Shown piece after piece: positions 1 to 8,587 of a stretch of DNA of 64,000 bases. The stretch comes from Myxococcota bacterium (GTDB lineage Bacteria; Myxococcota_A; UBA9042; PHBI01; JAWLBL01). Positions within the stretch are counted from its first letter, which is position 1. The number at the start of each line of letters is the position of its first letter. The stretch is taken from NCBI GenBank assembly GCA_041687695.1, contig JAWLBL010000018.1, forward strand, positions 1 through 64,000, in the 5' to 3' direction. Both the position numbers and the translations under genes were made by a program. The notes beneath the pieces are model-generated. The model made no database searches. It saw nothing but the letters and a program-made list of their open reading frames with translations, and was not told where the DNA came from.

Positions 1-96
1 TACTTCAACGCCGTCCTCGCCAAGCCCTTCAAGTGGACCTACGCAGGGAAGCCGTTGTGCGCATAACCGGATCGCCATTCCCGCCGAGGTCATCTA
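1..96 (+). mobile_element. Right end of an IS630-family element (transposase C-terminus 1-66, then terminal sequence ending at TA)
   Basis: Frame 1 reads YFNAVLAKPFKWTYAGKPLCA*, matching the KPFxWTY C-terminal motif of IS630 transposases; CTAG at 94-97 gives a TA target site about 30 bp after the stop. Confidence 0.7.
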
Positions 97-516
97 GACA
101 TCCAAGGTCAGTGGTCTACCACGAACGAGTTCTCGATCGATGAAGCCTCGGCCGAAGGTCTGAGCGACTCGTTCAAGCGAGAGCTGTCCAACACTCCGAT
201 CGGGGAGCTGCGCGTACCGATGCGCTTCCGCTTCGACATCACAGGCGACGCTCCTGTAAGCTCAGGAAACTCCGTCTCGTTCGCGGTCAATGAAGCCGGT
301 GTCCTGCACCTCGTTGACGACCACTTGCGCGCTAGACTCTGGCTCCACCGCATTAGCGGACAACCGCTCTCCGAAGCGCAGCAGGCCTACCTGTTCAGGT
401 CCAGAATGCCGACCAAGCGCGACTTCGGCCGCTTGCCTACGAGCGCAACCGCGGCCGTCGCGGGCGCGCGCCTCATGCTGCGCCACATGGCCGGCGTCAG
501 GCTGCCCCTCGAATGA
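97..516 (+). pseudogene. 3' remnant of a gene interrupted by the IS630 insertion (ORF track calls 220-516)
   Basis: Frame is open from the IS end (DIQGQWSTTNEF...) to the stop at 516, with no obvious RBS/start; its stop overlaps the next ATG (ATGA). Confidence 0.5.
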
Positions 517-941
517 CCGCAGGGTATCGGAAGCCTGGGTCGGGAACGGGCCTTCTGGCGACCGTCCTGTTCGTGACGAGCCTGTCGCCGCTCGCCGCGT
601 GCGATCGCCCGTGCGATGACGCGGAGACCCTCAGATTGTCTCGCGACTACTTCAGCAGGGCGCTCGAGCTTGCCGAGTCTGTCAGCCGAATGCGATTGCA
701 CGATGCTTTCGAGCCCTTGGCGCGCGCGAACGCGATGTGCGATGCGGCCGCGGAAGCCTACAACAGAGCCGCTTGGAGATGCGGGACGAGGTGCCCATTG
801 CCTGACCGGGCTCCTGTCTGGTACGTGACGCTGCCCCACATGGATCCGAGGTCGCTACGCGAGTTGCGTCAATGGAACGAGCGACTGAATCAGCACTTCG
901 ACGCTATGACCGCAGAGCTGAGCAACTGTCGTGTTCCGTGA
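513..941 (+). CDS. Hypothetical Cys-containing lipoprotein (immunity-like)
   Basis: Hydrophobic signal plus lipobox LAAC; ATGA coupling to the upstream ORF; codon usage differs from the core genes. Confidence 0.6.
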   Translation: MTAGYRKPGSGTGLLATVLFVTSLSPLAACDRPCDDAETLRLSRDYFSRALELAESVSRMRLHDAFEPLARANAMCDAAAEAYNRAAWRCGTRCPLPDRAPVWYVTLPHMDPRSLRELRQWNERLNQHFDAMTAELSNCRVP

Positions 942-1572
942 TCGGCCCATCCGAGCGCGCCCCTGTGAGCACGTCGAGGACGTCCTAGCCGCTCCCGCGC
1001 GTCGTCAGGGCGAGCGTTGGGCCAGCTGGCTCCTGCTCACCATGGCCGCGCTGCTCATGAGCGCAGGCTGTTCAAGGCCTTGCACGCATTCTTCGGCCCT
1101 CGCCACCGCGCAGTACTTGTATGGCCGCACGCAGAGCAATGCGAGCTTGCACTCCGAGATCCCAAAGGACGAGCGAGGGTCCAGAAGCCTGGCGGACCAA
1201 AGAGCGATCATCGCCGAGTACTGTGATGCCGCGAACTCGTTTCTCGAGCTCGGCCTCGCAGGTTGTGGTCCAGAGTGTCAGTCCGTGGCTCGAGATCTCC
1301 AACCACCCCAGTGCGACCACCTCGACGGGACGCACGAGGATTTCGAGCAAGCGCTGGCGAACCTCGTCCGGTTCACAGAGTCCTTCCCAGCTCTCCGCCG
1401 CCGCATCGAGCAGGCGCGCGGCTTCGACACCTATGGCGCCTACTCCTGGCGACGCAACACGCTCATCGCCGCGGCCGTCGTCCTGGCGCTCGCGGCCGCC
1501 TGGACCCTTCGCCGCCGACGACGTCGACGAGTCCTGAGCAGAGCGCCCAGCAGCGCGGAGACCGGCACCTGA
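931..1572 (+). CDS. Hypothetical lipoprotein with C-terminal TM anchor, paralog of 513-941 (start uncertain, possibly 1042)
   Basis: Lipobox-like SAGC; shares CxRPC, CDAA and CGxxC with the previous ORF; C-terminal hydrophobic helix followed by poly-Arg. Confidence 0.6.
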   Translation: MFRDRPIRARPCEHVEDVLAAPARRQGERWASWLLLTMAALLMSAGCSRPCTHSSALATAQYLYGRTQSNASLHSEIPKDERGSRSLADQRAIIAEYCDAANSFLELGLAGCGPECQSVARDLQPPQCDHLDGTHEDFEQALANLVRFTESFPALRRRIEQARGFDTYGAYSWRRNTLIAAAVVLALAAAWTLRRRRRRRVLSRAPSSAETGT

Positions 1573-1626
1573 CGGCGGGCTGCGACTGTGCCTGGGGCCC
1601 TCCGCGCCCAGCTCACCCGCCCCGAC

Positions 1627-1700
1627 TGACCCGCCAGCCTGCCGACACCACCGAAAACGTTTCCGCGGTAACGTCCCCACCGACCCGCCGGCCTGGCGAC
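1627..1700. repeat. ~53-bp repeat unit with near-palindrome ACGTTTCCGCGGTAACGT (1657-1674)
   Basis: Same unit recurs twice at 4023-4143. Confidence 0.85.
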
Positions 1701-1701
1701 G

Positions 1702-3918
1702 CTAGTCGTCCTCGCCGCTCAACCCAGGCTGCCACGATAGCGAGGCAAAGACCCCGAGTGGCGTCGGCGCCCCCGGATGGAAGTCCACGCCCGCGCCCAC
1801 CGCGAAGCGATCGAACAGCGGCACCTGGGCTCGCGCGGACAGGCGATGGAACGCCATGCGGCCGACCAGCGCGCCGGTCTTGGGGTCAATAGAGGTCTGC
1901 GGAGGGTCCTCGCGGAAGTTGTAGACCCCCTCCAGCCCGAGCAGCATCCACTCCAGGCGCAACAGGTGCACGGCGAACAGCGCGCCGAACGTCGGCGTCC
2001 ACAGCGAGCGCTCGTCGTCGTAGGCCAAGGTGCTGCCCCCCAGCTCCAGGCCGAAGTCCCAGGCCCAGGCGTCGCTCATCGTGCGCCAGCGGAAGTCGAC
2101 CGACAGGTGGGACGCCTCGGACTGCAGCCACTGCGGGCCCAGCGCGCCGCCCAGGATGATGCCGATGTCCTCGTCGAGCTCGACGCTGCGCAGCTCGACC
2201 CGGGCCCGGGCCGAGACCGGCGCGCCGGGCAGCGGGAGCTGGGCGCCCTCGAGGCCCACGCCGATGCCGCTGGTCAGCAGCCGCTGGCTGCGGGCGACGG
2301 AGGCCTTCGGCGAGGGCCGGTTGTGCCGGTTCACGTACGCCCGCAAGGCCGCCGCCTGCTCGTCGTGGTGCTGCACGTAGTCGTCGAGCCCATCGACCCA
2401 CTGCTCGTTCGGCTCTCTGCGCTCGGGCTCGAGCACCGTGTCCAGCCGGCGGCCTTCGAGCACCGCCTGCAGCCGCCAGGGCTCTAGGCCCTCGTGCTCG
2501 GCGAACCACGCGGTGACCCACGCCGGCGTCCGCTTCAGCGTCAGGCCCACGCCCAGGGCGCGCGCGGTCCCCGCGCTGACGTCGCCTCGCTTGGCCTCCT
2601 GCAGCGCCGCCTCCCGCTGCCGCTCCGACCACGCCTCGAGCAACGGCTCGAGCTTCAGCGTCACATGCCGCTGCACATCCACGGCCGCGTCGGAGTCCAG
2701 CGTCACTCTGGCTTTGGTGCCGTCGGGCAGCGCGATCAGGACGGGAAGCCGCACGCTCCAACGCTTCTTGGTCACATCCCGCGTCCCCACCTTCACCTGG
2801 CGAGGCAGATAGCGCACGTGCTCGGTCTTCTCTGTCCGCGCCTGAATCCCTTTCACGGCCCGGTCGCACAGCCCCACGTAGTCGCGGCTCCGATCGCGGC
2901 CCGGCTTGAGGGTCGATTGCCCGAAGTTCTTGGTGCACTGGACCTTCTCGCGGCGCCGCACGACCTCTTCGTAGACGGTCTCCTCGCGGATGAATCGGAT
3001 CTCGTCCCACTCGGTGCGATAGACGTCTTCCTGGACTTTGTAGGCCCTCGGGCCGCAGGTGGCGCCGGCCACCTCGATGGCGATGCGCTGCTGCGCCTCG
3101 GGCGCGCGCAGCATGGCGGCCGTGGCCCTTCGAATCCCCGCCTCGACCTGCTCCCCCTTGCAGGCCGCTTGCCCGTCGAAGGACGCCAGCGCCGCGCCCA
3201 TGGGAGCGCTCGCGAGCAGCTGCTTCCGCAGCCCCGAGTCCACCTCGCCGGTCAGCCCCGCGGCGATGCTCTCGTAGAAAATCCGCAGCGTCGGGTCCCC
3301 GGCCCCGGCCGCCCGCTCCCGCCAGGGCCGGATGGCGCGCGCTTCGTACCCCATCAGCGCCTCGAGCCGGGCGGGCGAGGTGTCCACGCGCACCAGCCAC
3401 GCCGCCACGTCGCGCGCCCAGGTCAGCCGCCCCTCCCTCGCGGCCGCCTCGGCCTCCGCCGCCGCCGCCGCGATGGCCGGCTTCAGCGCGGCCTCCACCC
3501 CTGCGTCCTCGGACTCGGGGAACCACGGCGCATCGCGCAGCGCCAGGAGCCTCTGGAGCGCCTCGACGCCCCCGCCCGCCTCGGCCTCGCCCTTCAGCCG
3601 CGCCAGCTCGGCGCGGGCGTAGGCCAGCTCGGCCCTCCGGACCAGCGCCTCGGCCTCGGCGACCTCGTCCGCGTCCGCCTCGCCCACCCGGCGCAGCTCC
3701 TTCGCGGTCGTCCGCGCCGCCGCCACCGCGTCCTCGACCGAGCCGGCCCGCAGCCGCTCCTCGACCCGCACCTCGGTCGCCCGGAGCACCCCGCTCGCGC
3801 TCGGCCCGCAGCCACCCAACGCCCCGGCCACCGCCACCAGCGCCATGCCCCGCGCCAGCCCCGCCACCCCACCCGCACCCGCGAAAGCCCAAGGATTCAA
3901 CACCTTCATGCCCCTCAC
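1702..3918 (-). CDS. Large hypothetical lipoprotein with a beta-strand-rich (barrel-like) C-terminus
   Basis: 738-aa ORF with GC3-biased codons; lipobox LGGC; alternating hydrophobic strands near the C-terminus (GVFASLSWQP). Confidence 0.7.
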   Translation of the reverse strand: MRGMKVLNPWAFAGAGGVAGLARGMALVAVAGALGGCGPSASGVLRATEVRVEERLRAGSVEDAVAAARTTAKELRRVGEADADEVAEAEALVRRAELAYARAELARLKGEAEAGGGVEALQRLLALRDAPWFPESEDAGVEAALKPAIAAAAAEAEAAAREGRLTWARDVAAWLVRVDTSPARLEALMGYEARAIRPWRERAAGAGDPTLRIFYESIAAGLTGEVDSGLRKQLLASAPMGAALASFDGQAACKGEQVEAGIRRATAAMLRAPEAQQRIAIEVAGATCGPRAYKVQEDVYRTEWDEIRFIREETVYEEVVRRREKVQCTKNFGQSTLKPGRDRSRDYVGLCDRAVKGIQARTEKTEHVRYLPRQVKVGTRDVTKKRWSVRLPVLIALPDGTKARVTLDSDAAVDVQRHVTLKLEPLLEAWSERQREAALQEAKRGDVSAGTARALGVGLTLKRTPAWVTAWFAEHEGLEPWRLQAVLEGRRLDTVLEPERREPNEQWVDGLDDYVQHHDEQAAALRAYVNRHNRPSPKASVARSQRLLTSGIGVGLEGAQLPLPGAPVSARARVELRSVELDEDIGIILGGALGPQWLQSEASHLSVDFRWRTMSDAWAWDFGLELGGSTLAYDDERSLWTPTFGALFAVHLLRLEWMLLGLEGVYNFREDPPQTSIDPKTGALVGRMAFHRLSARAQVPLFDRFAVGAGVDFHPGAPTPLGVFASLSWQPGLSGEDD

Positions 3919-4022
3919 CCTATCGGTTCAGGGCCTCACTGACCACCGCCGCCAGCCCAGGTTCCCGCGCGGCGCCCCTTCGAGCGGCCCCCCACCTGGC
4001 CTCGGTCCCCGTGCCACCCTGC

Positions 4023-4143
4023 TGCCGACCCCACCGAAACGTTTCCGCGGTAACGTCCCCACCGACCCGCCGGCCTGCCGGCACCACCGAAACGTTTCCG
4101 CGGTAACGTCCCCCACCGACCCGCCGGCCTGCCGACACCACCG
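4023..4143. repeat. Two tandem copies of the ~53-bp palindrome-containing unit (cores 4039-4056 and 4092-4109)
   Basis: Direct sequence comparison. Confidence 0.85.
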
Positions 4144-4261
4144 GACTCGCTCCCGCGGTTGCATCGGACGCAAGCCGACCTTGTTCACCGGCGGAGCTCG
4201 GATGGTCGGCGCGCGGGCCGGCGCACCGTGAACGTCCTGCCCCAGGGCACGCCGGAACGAC

Positions 4262-4420
4262 GCGCGCCTCGATCTCTGGTGCCCGAGGGCTGCCAGCGAC
4301 CGAGGCGCGTCTCATTCTGGCATACCGATCGGCACCGGTCGGCTACGCGCGTCTCATTCTGGCATACCGATCGGCACCGACCAGCGAGGCGCGCCTCGTC
4401 GGGCGGTGCCGATCGGCACA
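4262..4420. repeat. Degenerate 42-bp tandem repeat (near-identical units at 4305 and 4347; degenerate ones near 4262 and 4389)
   Basis: GCGCGTCTCATTCTGGCATACCGATCGGCACC repeated with a 42-bp period; contains palindrome CCGATCGG. Confidence 0.75.
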
Positions 4421-4461
4421 CGTCTGTTCAGTGTCGGGTCGCCGGCGGGACTCGAACGAGG

Positions 4462-5220
4462 TCAGGCGACGGGCTCCGGCTCGGCCGGGGCCGGGGCCGG
4501 GACCGTGGTCGACTTCCCCGAGGTCTCCGCGCGCAGGTCGTCGATGGGACGCAGGGCGGCGCGGACGGCCCGGACCGCGGCCTCGTCGGCCTCGTCCAGG
4601 GTGCCGATGAGCTTGCTCGTGTAGTAGGTGATGGCGGCGCGCAGGGCGCGGAGCGGCTCCAGCAGGGCGATGGAGGTGGGCTCGGGCGCCGGCTTGGCCT
4701 TGGTGATGCCCAGGACTTCCCCGTAGGTCTCATGGGTGACGCGGACCTCGGCCAGGAAGTCGGGGCCGATGACGCTGACGACGTCGGGCTCGAGGCCCTC
4801 GCGGGCGATGGCGTCGAGGCGCAGCTGGCCCTGGTTGTGCTGCTTGTCGTAGGGCAGCGTCAGGAAGTCGGCGCCGGTCGGGAAGAGCCGGGTGTGGACG
4901 CGGGCCGCGACCGCGGCCTTGGGATAGCGGTCGTGAGGCAGCCGCGAATAGGCGAGCAGAACGTCGCGGAAGGCGCTCCAGGCCGTGTCCACGGCCATGT
5001 CGGCGGGACGCTTGAGCGACGGCGCGGTCGGCTGCGCGAGCGGCAGACGCACCTCGTCCAGCGTCTGCTTGGAGCTGGCCATCTGCGCGAGGGCGCGCGC
5101 TACCAGCGCATGCGGGTCCTTGGGCGCCGCCGTGAGCAGCGCGCCCGCGAGCGAGCTGGCGCGGTTCGCGTCGGTGACCGGCAGCGTGGCGTAGTCCTTC
5201 TGGTCGATGAGGGCGATCAT
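4462..5220 (-). CDS. Conserved hypothetical helical protein (myxobacterial type)
   Basis: GAAGGAG RBS before the ATG at 5220; GC3-biased codons; LFPxG..FL..PY and H..YG.VLGIT motifs resemble a myxobacterial family recalled from memory. Confidence 0.7.
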   Translation of the reverse strand: MIALIDQKDYATLPVTDANRASSLAGALLTAAPKDPHALVARALAQMASSKQTLDEVRLPLAQPTAPSLKRPADMAVDTAWSAFRDVLLAYSRLPHDRYPKAAVAARVHTRLFPTGADFLTLPYDKQHNQGQLRLDAIAREGLEPDVVSVIGPDFLAEVRVTHETYGEVLGITKAKPAPEPTSIALLEPLRALRAAITYYTSKLIGTLDEADEAAVRAVRAALRPIDDLRAETSGKSTTVPAPAPAEPEPVA

Positions 5221-5643
5221 CGAATGGCTCCTTCGGGCAAGGGTGAGTTCAGTGGACCGTGGCCACGACACCATGGGGCGCCGCATTGCACAACCCAGCG
5301 AGGACCGAATGTCAGAAAGCTCCATGATTCTGGTGTCCTGTGGCGGCCGAGCCTCGCGAACGCACGTCGCGCAGCGGCTCGCCCGCGACCGGCTCAGTGA
5401 CGCAGTTGGCCGAGATCCTTGACGATCGGCGGTCTCGCTGCCGCGCCGGCGCGTGTTCCCGCGCGCCGCCCTCCTGGGTGCTGCCGTGACGAACCGAAGG
5501 TCGCGGGACCTCGCACGGGCGTTGGCCCATTGCGCCGTTGGTCTCGACCGTGCTCATCTGGGGCCTCTCTCGCCAGGCCCGCACGACGCCGGACCCCGGC
5601 AGAGTCCCTGCTGTCCGACTGACGTGCCTGGGAGAACTCCGAG

Positions 5644-6408
5644 ATGACGCCTCATGAACTCGAGCATTGGCATCGCCCCCATCTGAGCGGGGCCGGTGGC
5701 GAGGCCCACCTCGACCTCCGGGTGCACGGGCGGCTGGACGACAGACTCAGCGTGTCCCGAACGCGCCATCGGTGTGAGGGACTTCCGCCCGGCTTCGACC
5801 TGCAGGTGTACGAGGCCGCGAAGCACCCGGAGGTGGTTTCCTTCGACCGTAGCGGCTACTTCGGGCGGAGCCTCGAGCGGCTCCCCTCATCCGTGATCGC
5901 CGACGTCGAGAGGGCGTCACACGTCGCGGTCCTACGAGGCCGCACATCGGCGACCACCACGCTGGACTACCTGCGGGACGCTGTCGGGCTGATCCAGGCG
6001 CTGCTGGACACCGGAGGTGTTGCCGTCTTCGATCCGCTCATCCTCGACGGGTGGTCGGCCTCGCAATGGCGAGATGAGGTCTTCGCCCCAGCAGGCCCGG
6101 TCCCAACCAGGCACGCGACGATTCTGGTGAGCGACGAACCCGGTGGCACGAGGTGGTTCCACACCAGGGAGATGCTCGAGTTCGGCCGCCCGGACCTCAG
6201 CGTCCGCGGCGTCGACGAGGCCCTCGAGGAGCGAGTGGTCGAGCTCTGCAATCGCTTCATCGAGTATCAGGCCCTCGGAGCCGTCGTCCCGGACGGGCAG
6301 GTCATCAGGATGCCCGGGCTTCCTGCGTGGACATGCCGGACGGTCGGTAGCCTCGAAGATCCCGACTTCAACAACCGGCGCATCGAGATCGCCGCGGCGG
6401 GGGCGTAG
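5644..6408 (+). CDS. Hypothetical protein, DUF4261-like C-terminus
   Basis: WFHTREMLEFGRPDL motif resembles the HTxG(M/L)xxFGxPDL of DUF4261-type proteins. Confidence 0.6.
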   Translation: MTPHELEHWHRPHLSGAGGEAHLDLRVHGRLDDRLSVSRTRHRCEGLPPGFDLQVYEAAKHPEVVSFDRSGYFGRSLERLPSSVIADVERASHVAVLRGRTSATTTLDYLRDAVGLIQALLDTGGVAVFDPLILDGWSASQWRDEVFAPAGPVPTRHATILVSDEPGGTRWFHTREMLEFGRPDLSVRGVDEALEERVVELCNRFIEYQALGAVVPDGQVIRMPGLPAWTCRTVGSLEDPDFNNRRIEIAAAGA

Positions 6409-6743
6409 CCGATGAAGGCGATTCTCGAAGCAGACAGGGGCCGTTGAAGAGCGTCGCTGACTCAGGGCCGGCTGGAAGCCGGCGGTCCCAGGGAGGCGGG
6501 GTCGGAGGGCGGCGGCGGGGCGCTGACCCCGGGCCGGCTGGAAGCTGGCGGTCCCAGGGAGGCGGGGTCGGAGGACGGCGGCGGGGCGGCACCCCCAGGC
6601 CGGCTGGAAGCCGGCGGTCCCAGGGAGGCGGGGTCGGAGGGCGACGGAGGGGCGCCAACCCCAGGCCGGCTGGAAGCCGGCGGTCCCAGAGAGGCTGGGT
6701 CGGAGGGCGGCGGAGGGGCGGCGACCCCGGGCCGGCTGGAAGC

Positions 6744-7068
6744 TGTGGAGTCCAGAAAGTTTGGCGGGGATCGTCCAGTAATTCTGGCGGGATCCATAGC
6801 GCCGGCATGGCCGGCGCGGTCCATAGCGCCGGCAAGGCCGGCGCGGTCCATAGCGCCGGCATGGCCGGCGCGGTCCAGAGCGCCGGCATGGCCGGCGCGG
6901 TCCAGAGCGCCGGCATGGCCGGCGCGAACGACCCTGCGAGCATGCTCGGGCTGGGGTGTCGTTCCGCCGCCGCAGGCGGCTGTGGACCGCGCAGGCCATG
7001 CCGGCGCTGTGCGATGGAACCCGCCAGAATTTCTGGAATGTCACCCGCCAGGATTATCGGACTTCACA
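6744..7068. mobile_element. 325-bp non-autonomous element (MITE-A) with TGT...ACA ends and 5-bp TSD GAAGC
   Basis: Ends TGTGGAGTCC / GGACTTCACA; ~50-bp imperfect TIRs, each with two 18-bp sites; GAAGC at 6739-6743 and 7069-7073. Confidence 0.85.
6793..6926 (+). repeat. Five 27-bp tandem hairpin repeats inside MITE-A (TCCATAGCGCCGGCATGGCCGGCGCGG), plus an inverted copy near 6983-7012
   Basis: Direct reading; stem GCGCCGGC/GCCGGCGC. Confidence 0.9.
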
Positions 7069-7177
7069 GAAGCCGGCGGGCCCAGGGAGGCTGGGTCCCA
7101 GGGCGGCGGCGGGGCGGCGACCCCAGGCCGGCTGGAAGCCGGCCGTCCCAGCCGGCCTATCCGGGCCCGTGACGGTC

Positions 7178-7573
7178 TCACTCGGCGCGACGCGTGCTGC
7201 CTGTGAGTCGGCGAAGCGTGCCCGTCACCTCCGCCTTCGTCGCCTCGCCTCGGGCGACGCTCATCGTCAGCTCGTACAGTTCCTTTGGCTGGGCGCTGAT
7301 GGGGAGGCCATTGAAATCCAGAAAGACCAGAGCCGAGAGCAGGCCGGGGCACTCGGCGAGCTTGCGGAAGGTGTCGTCGTGCGCGTCCATCATGGCCTCG
7401 GCGGAGGCACGGAGGCGGCGAGCTCGGTCCGATCCCACCGGTCGGATGACGAGTCCTTCGCCATCGGTGCGGACCTCGAGCTCCGTGTCGCGGTCGATGC
7501 CGAGCAGCTCGAGGATGGGACCCTCGATGACGAGGCCGAGCTCGCCTCCGACGTCTGTGAGCTTGCGGATCAA
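7178..7573 (-). pseudogene. AbrB/MazE-type antitoxin fused in frame to a C-terminal Doc (Fic) toxin remnant
   Basis: N-terminal ~74 aa are AbrB-like (ending FRKLAE); then GLLSALVFLDFNG... matches Doc downstream of the HxFxDGNKR motif, which is missing. Confidence 0.75.
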
Positions 7574-7899
7574 GGGTGACCTCCGGGGCGAGCAGGTGGG
7601 TGTTGGCCGTGGAGTCGATAGGCGAGGGCCGAGGTCGTGTCACCGGTGGGTCGGGTCGGCATGGGGGCCACCGTATCGGCAGGCCGGCGGGTCTGTCATC
7701 CAGGTCGAGGGCGGCGGCGGGGCGGCGATCCGCGGCCGGCTGGAAGTGGGTGCCGTCGGCTTCCAGAGGGGAGCTGAGGCAAGCTGCCTTGCCGCCATTC
7801 GGGCCGGCGGGGAGGCATTGGCTCGCTGTCTGCGTGGGCGTCGGGCGACCGAGCGTCTTGCTTGGATACCGGGAATGCATGTATGGATGGAGGACGTTC

Positions 7900-8190
7900 G
7901 TGATCGCGAGCTTCGCCGACAAGGCGACGGAGGACCTGTTCCACGGCCGTGTCAGCGCCGCGACCCGGCGCGTGCCTGTCGAGGTGAGGGCCAGGGCTGT
8001 TCGCAAGCTCGACGCATTGCAGGCCGCGCGAGCTCTGAACGACCTGGCGAGCCCGCCTGGCAACCGGCTCGAGGCCTTGGCGGGCTCGCTGGCCGGGTAC
8101 TACAGCATCCGAGTGAACCAACAGTGGCGTATCGTGTTTCGTTGGCTCGACGGGGCCGCGCACGATGTCCGATTCGCCGACTACCACTGA
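7900..8190 (+). CDS. higB: HigB (RelE/ParE superfamily) plasmid-maintenance killer toxin
   Basis: GGAGG RBS plus GTG at 7900; PPGNRLEAL, YSIRVNQQWRIVFRW and DYH C-terminus. Confidence 0.92.
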   Translation: MIASFADKATEDLFHGRVSAATRRVPVEVRARAVRKLDALQAARALNDLASPPGNRLEALAGSLAGYYSIRVNQQWRIVFRWLDGAAHDVRFADYH

Positions 8191-8199
8191 GGAAGCGTC

Positions 8200-8514
8200 A
8201 TGTTGCCCAGTCATCGCGTTGCGACCCATCCGGGCGAGATCCTGTTGGAAGAGTTCCTGGTGCCGCTGAACCTGTCGCAGGCCGAGCTGGCCCGGCACCT
8301 GGGGGTGCCCATCCAGCGGGTCAACGAGATCGTCAAGGGCAAGCGGGGCATCACGGCCGAGACCGCGTGGCTGCTGGCCGACGCGTTCCGGATGACGCCG
8401 GAGTTCTGGATGCACGCGCAGGCCGCATACGACCTGACTCTGACGAGGGACAAGCGGCGGCGCGTGGCTCCGCTGGTGCCCGAGGCGACCGTGAAGCTCG
8501 AAGAGCCGGGCTGA
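8200..8514 (+). CDS. higA: HigA antitoxin (XRE HTH)
   Basis: HPGEILLEEFL...SQAELARHLGVP...RVNEIVKGKRGIT...PEFW. Confidence 0.95.
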   Translation: MLPSHRVATHPGEILLEEFLVPLNLSQAELARHLGVPIQRVNEIVKGKRGITAETAWLLADAFRMTPEFWMHAQAAYDLTLTRDKRRRVAPLVPEATVKLEEPG

Positions 8515-8587
8515 CGGTGCCCGGGGTCGGATGACCCGAGCCGGTGGGGTCGCTGGACCCTTCGGTCGGGGCGGACGGGGCCGTGGG

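Larger units (their letters stand above)
6467..7152 (+). repeat. REP/BIME-like array: six 66-bp-period units of GCCGGCTGGAAGCCGGCGGTCCCAG; unit 5 is interrupted by an insertion
   Basis: Hairpin starts at 6467, 6533, 6599, 6665, 6731 and 7127 (6797 plus 330 inserted bases). Confidence 0.9.

Noticed and set aside
4318..4333. TGGCAT in the 42-bp repeat as a sigma54 -24 box
   Set aside because: No GC at the -12 position.
6467..7152. 66-bp periodic array as a CRISPR
   Set aside because: The inter-hairpin segments are near-identical rather than unique spacers, and no cas genes are present.
7705..7770. Isolated REP-like fragment as another MITE insertion
   Set aside because: The REP left half is present, but no TIR pair or TSD could be identified.
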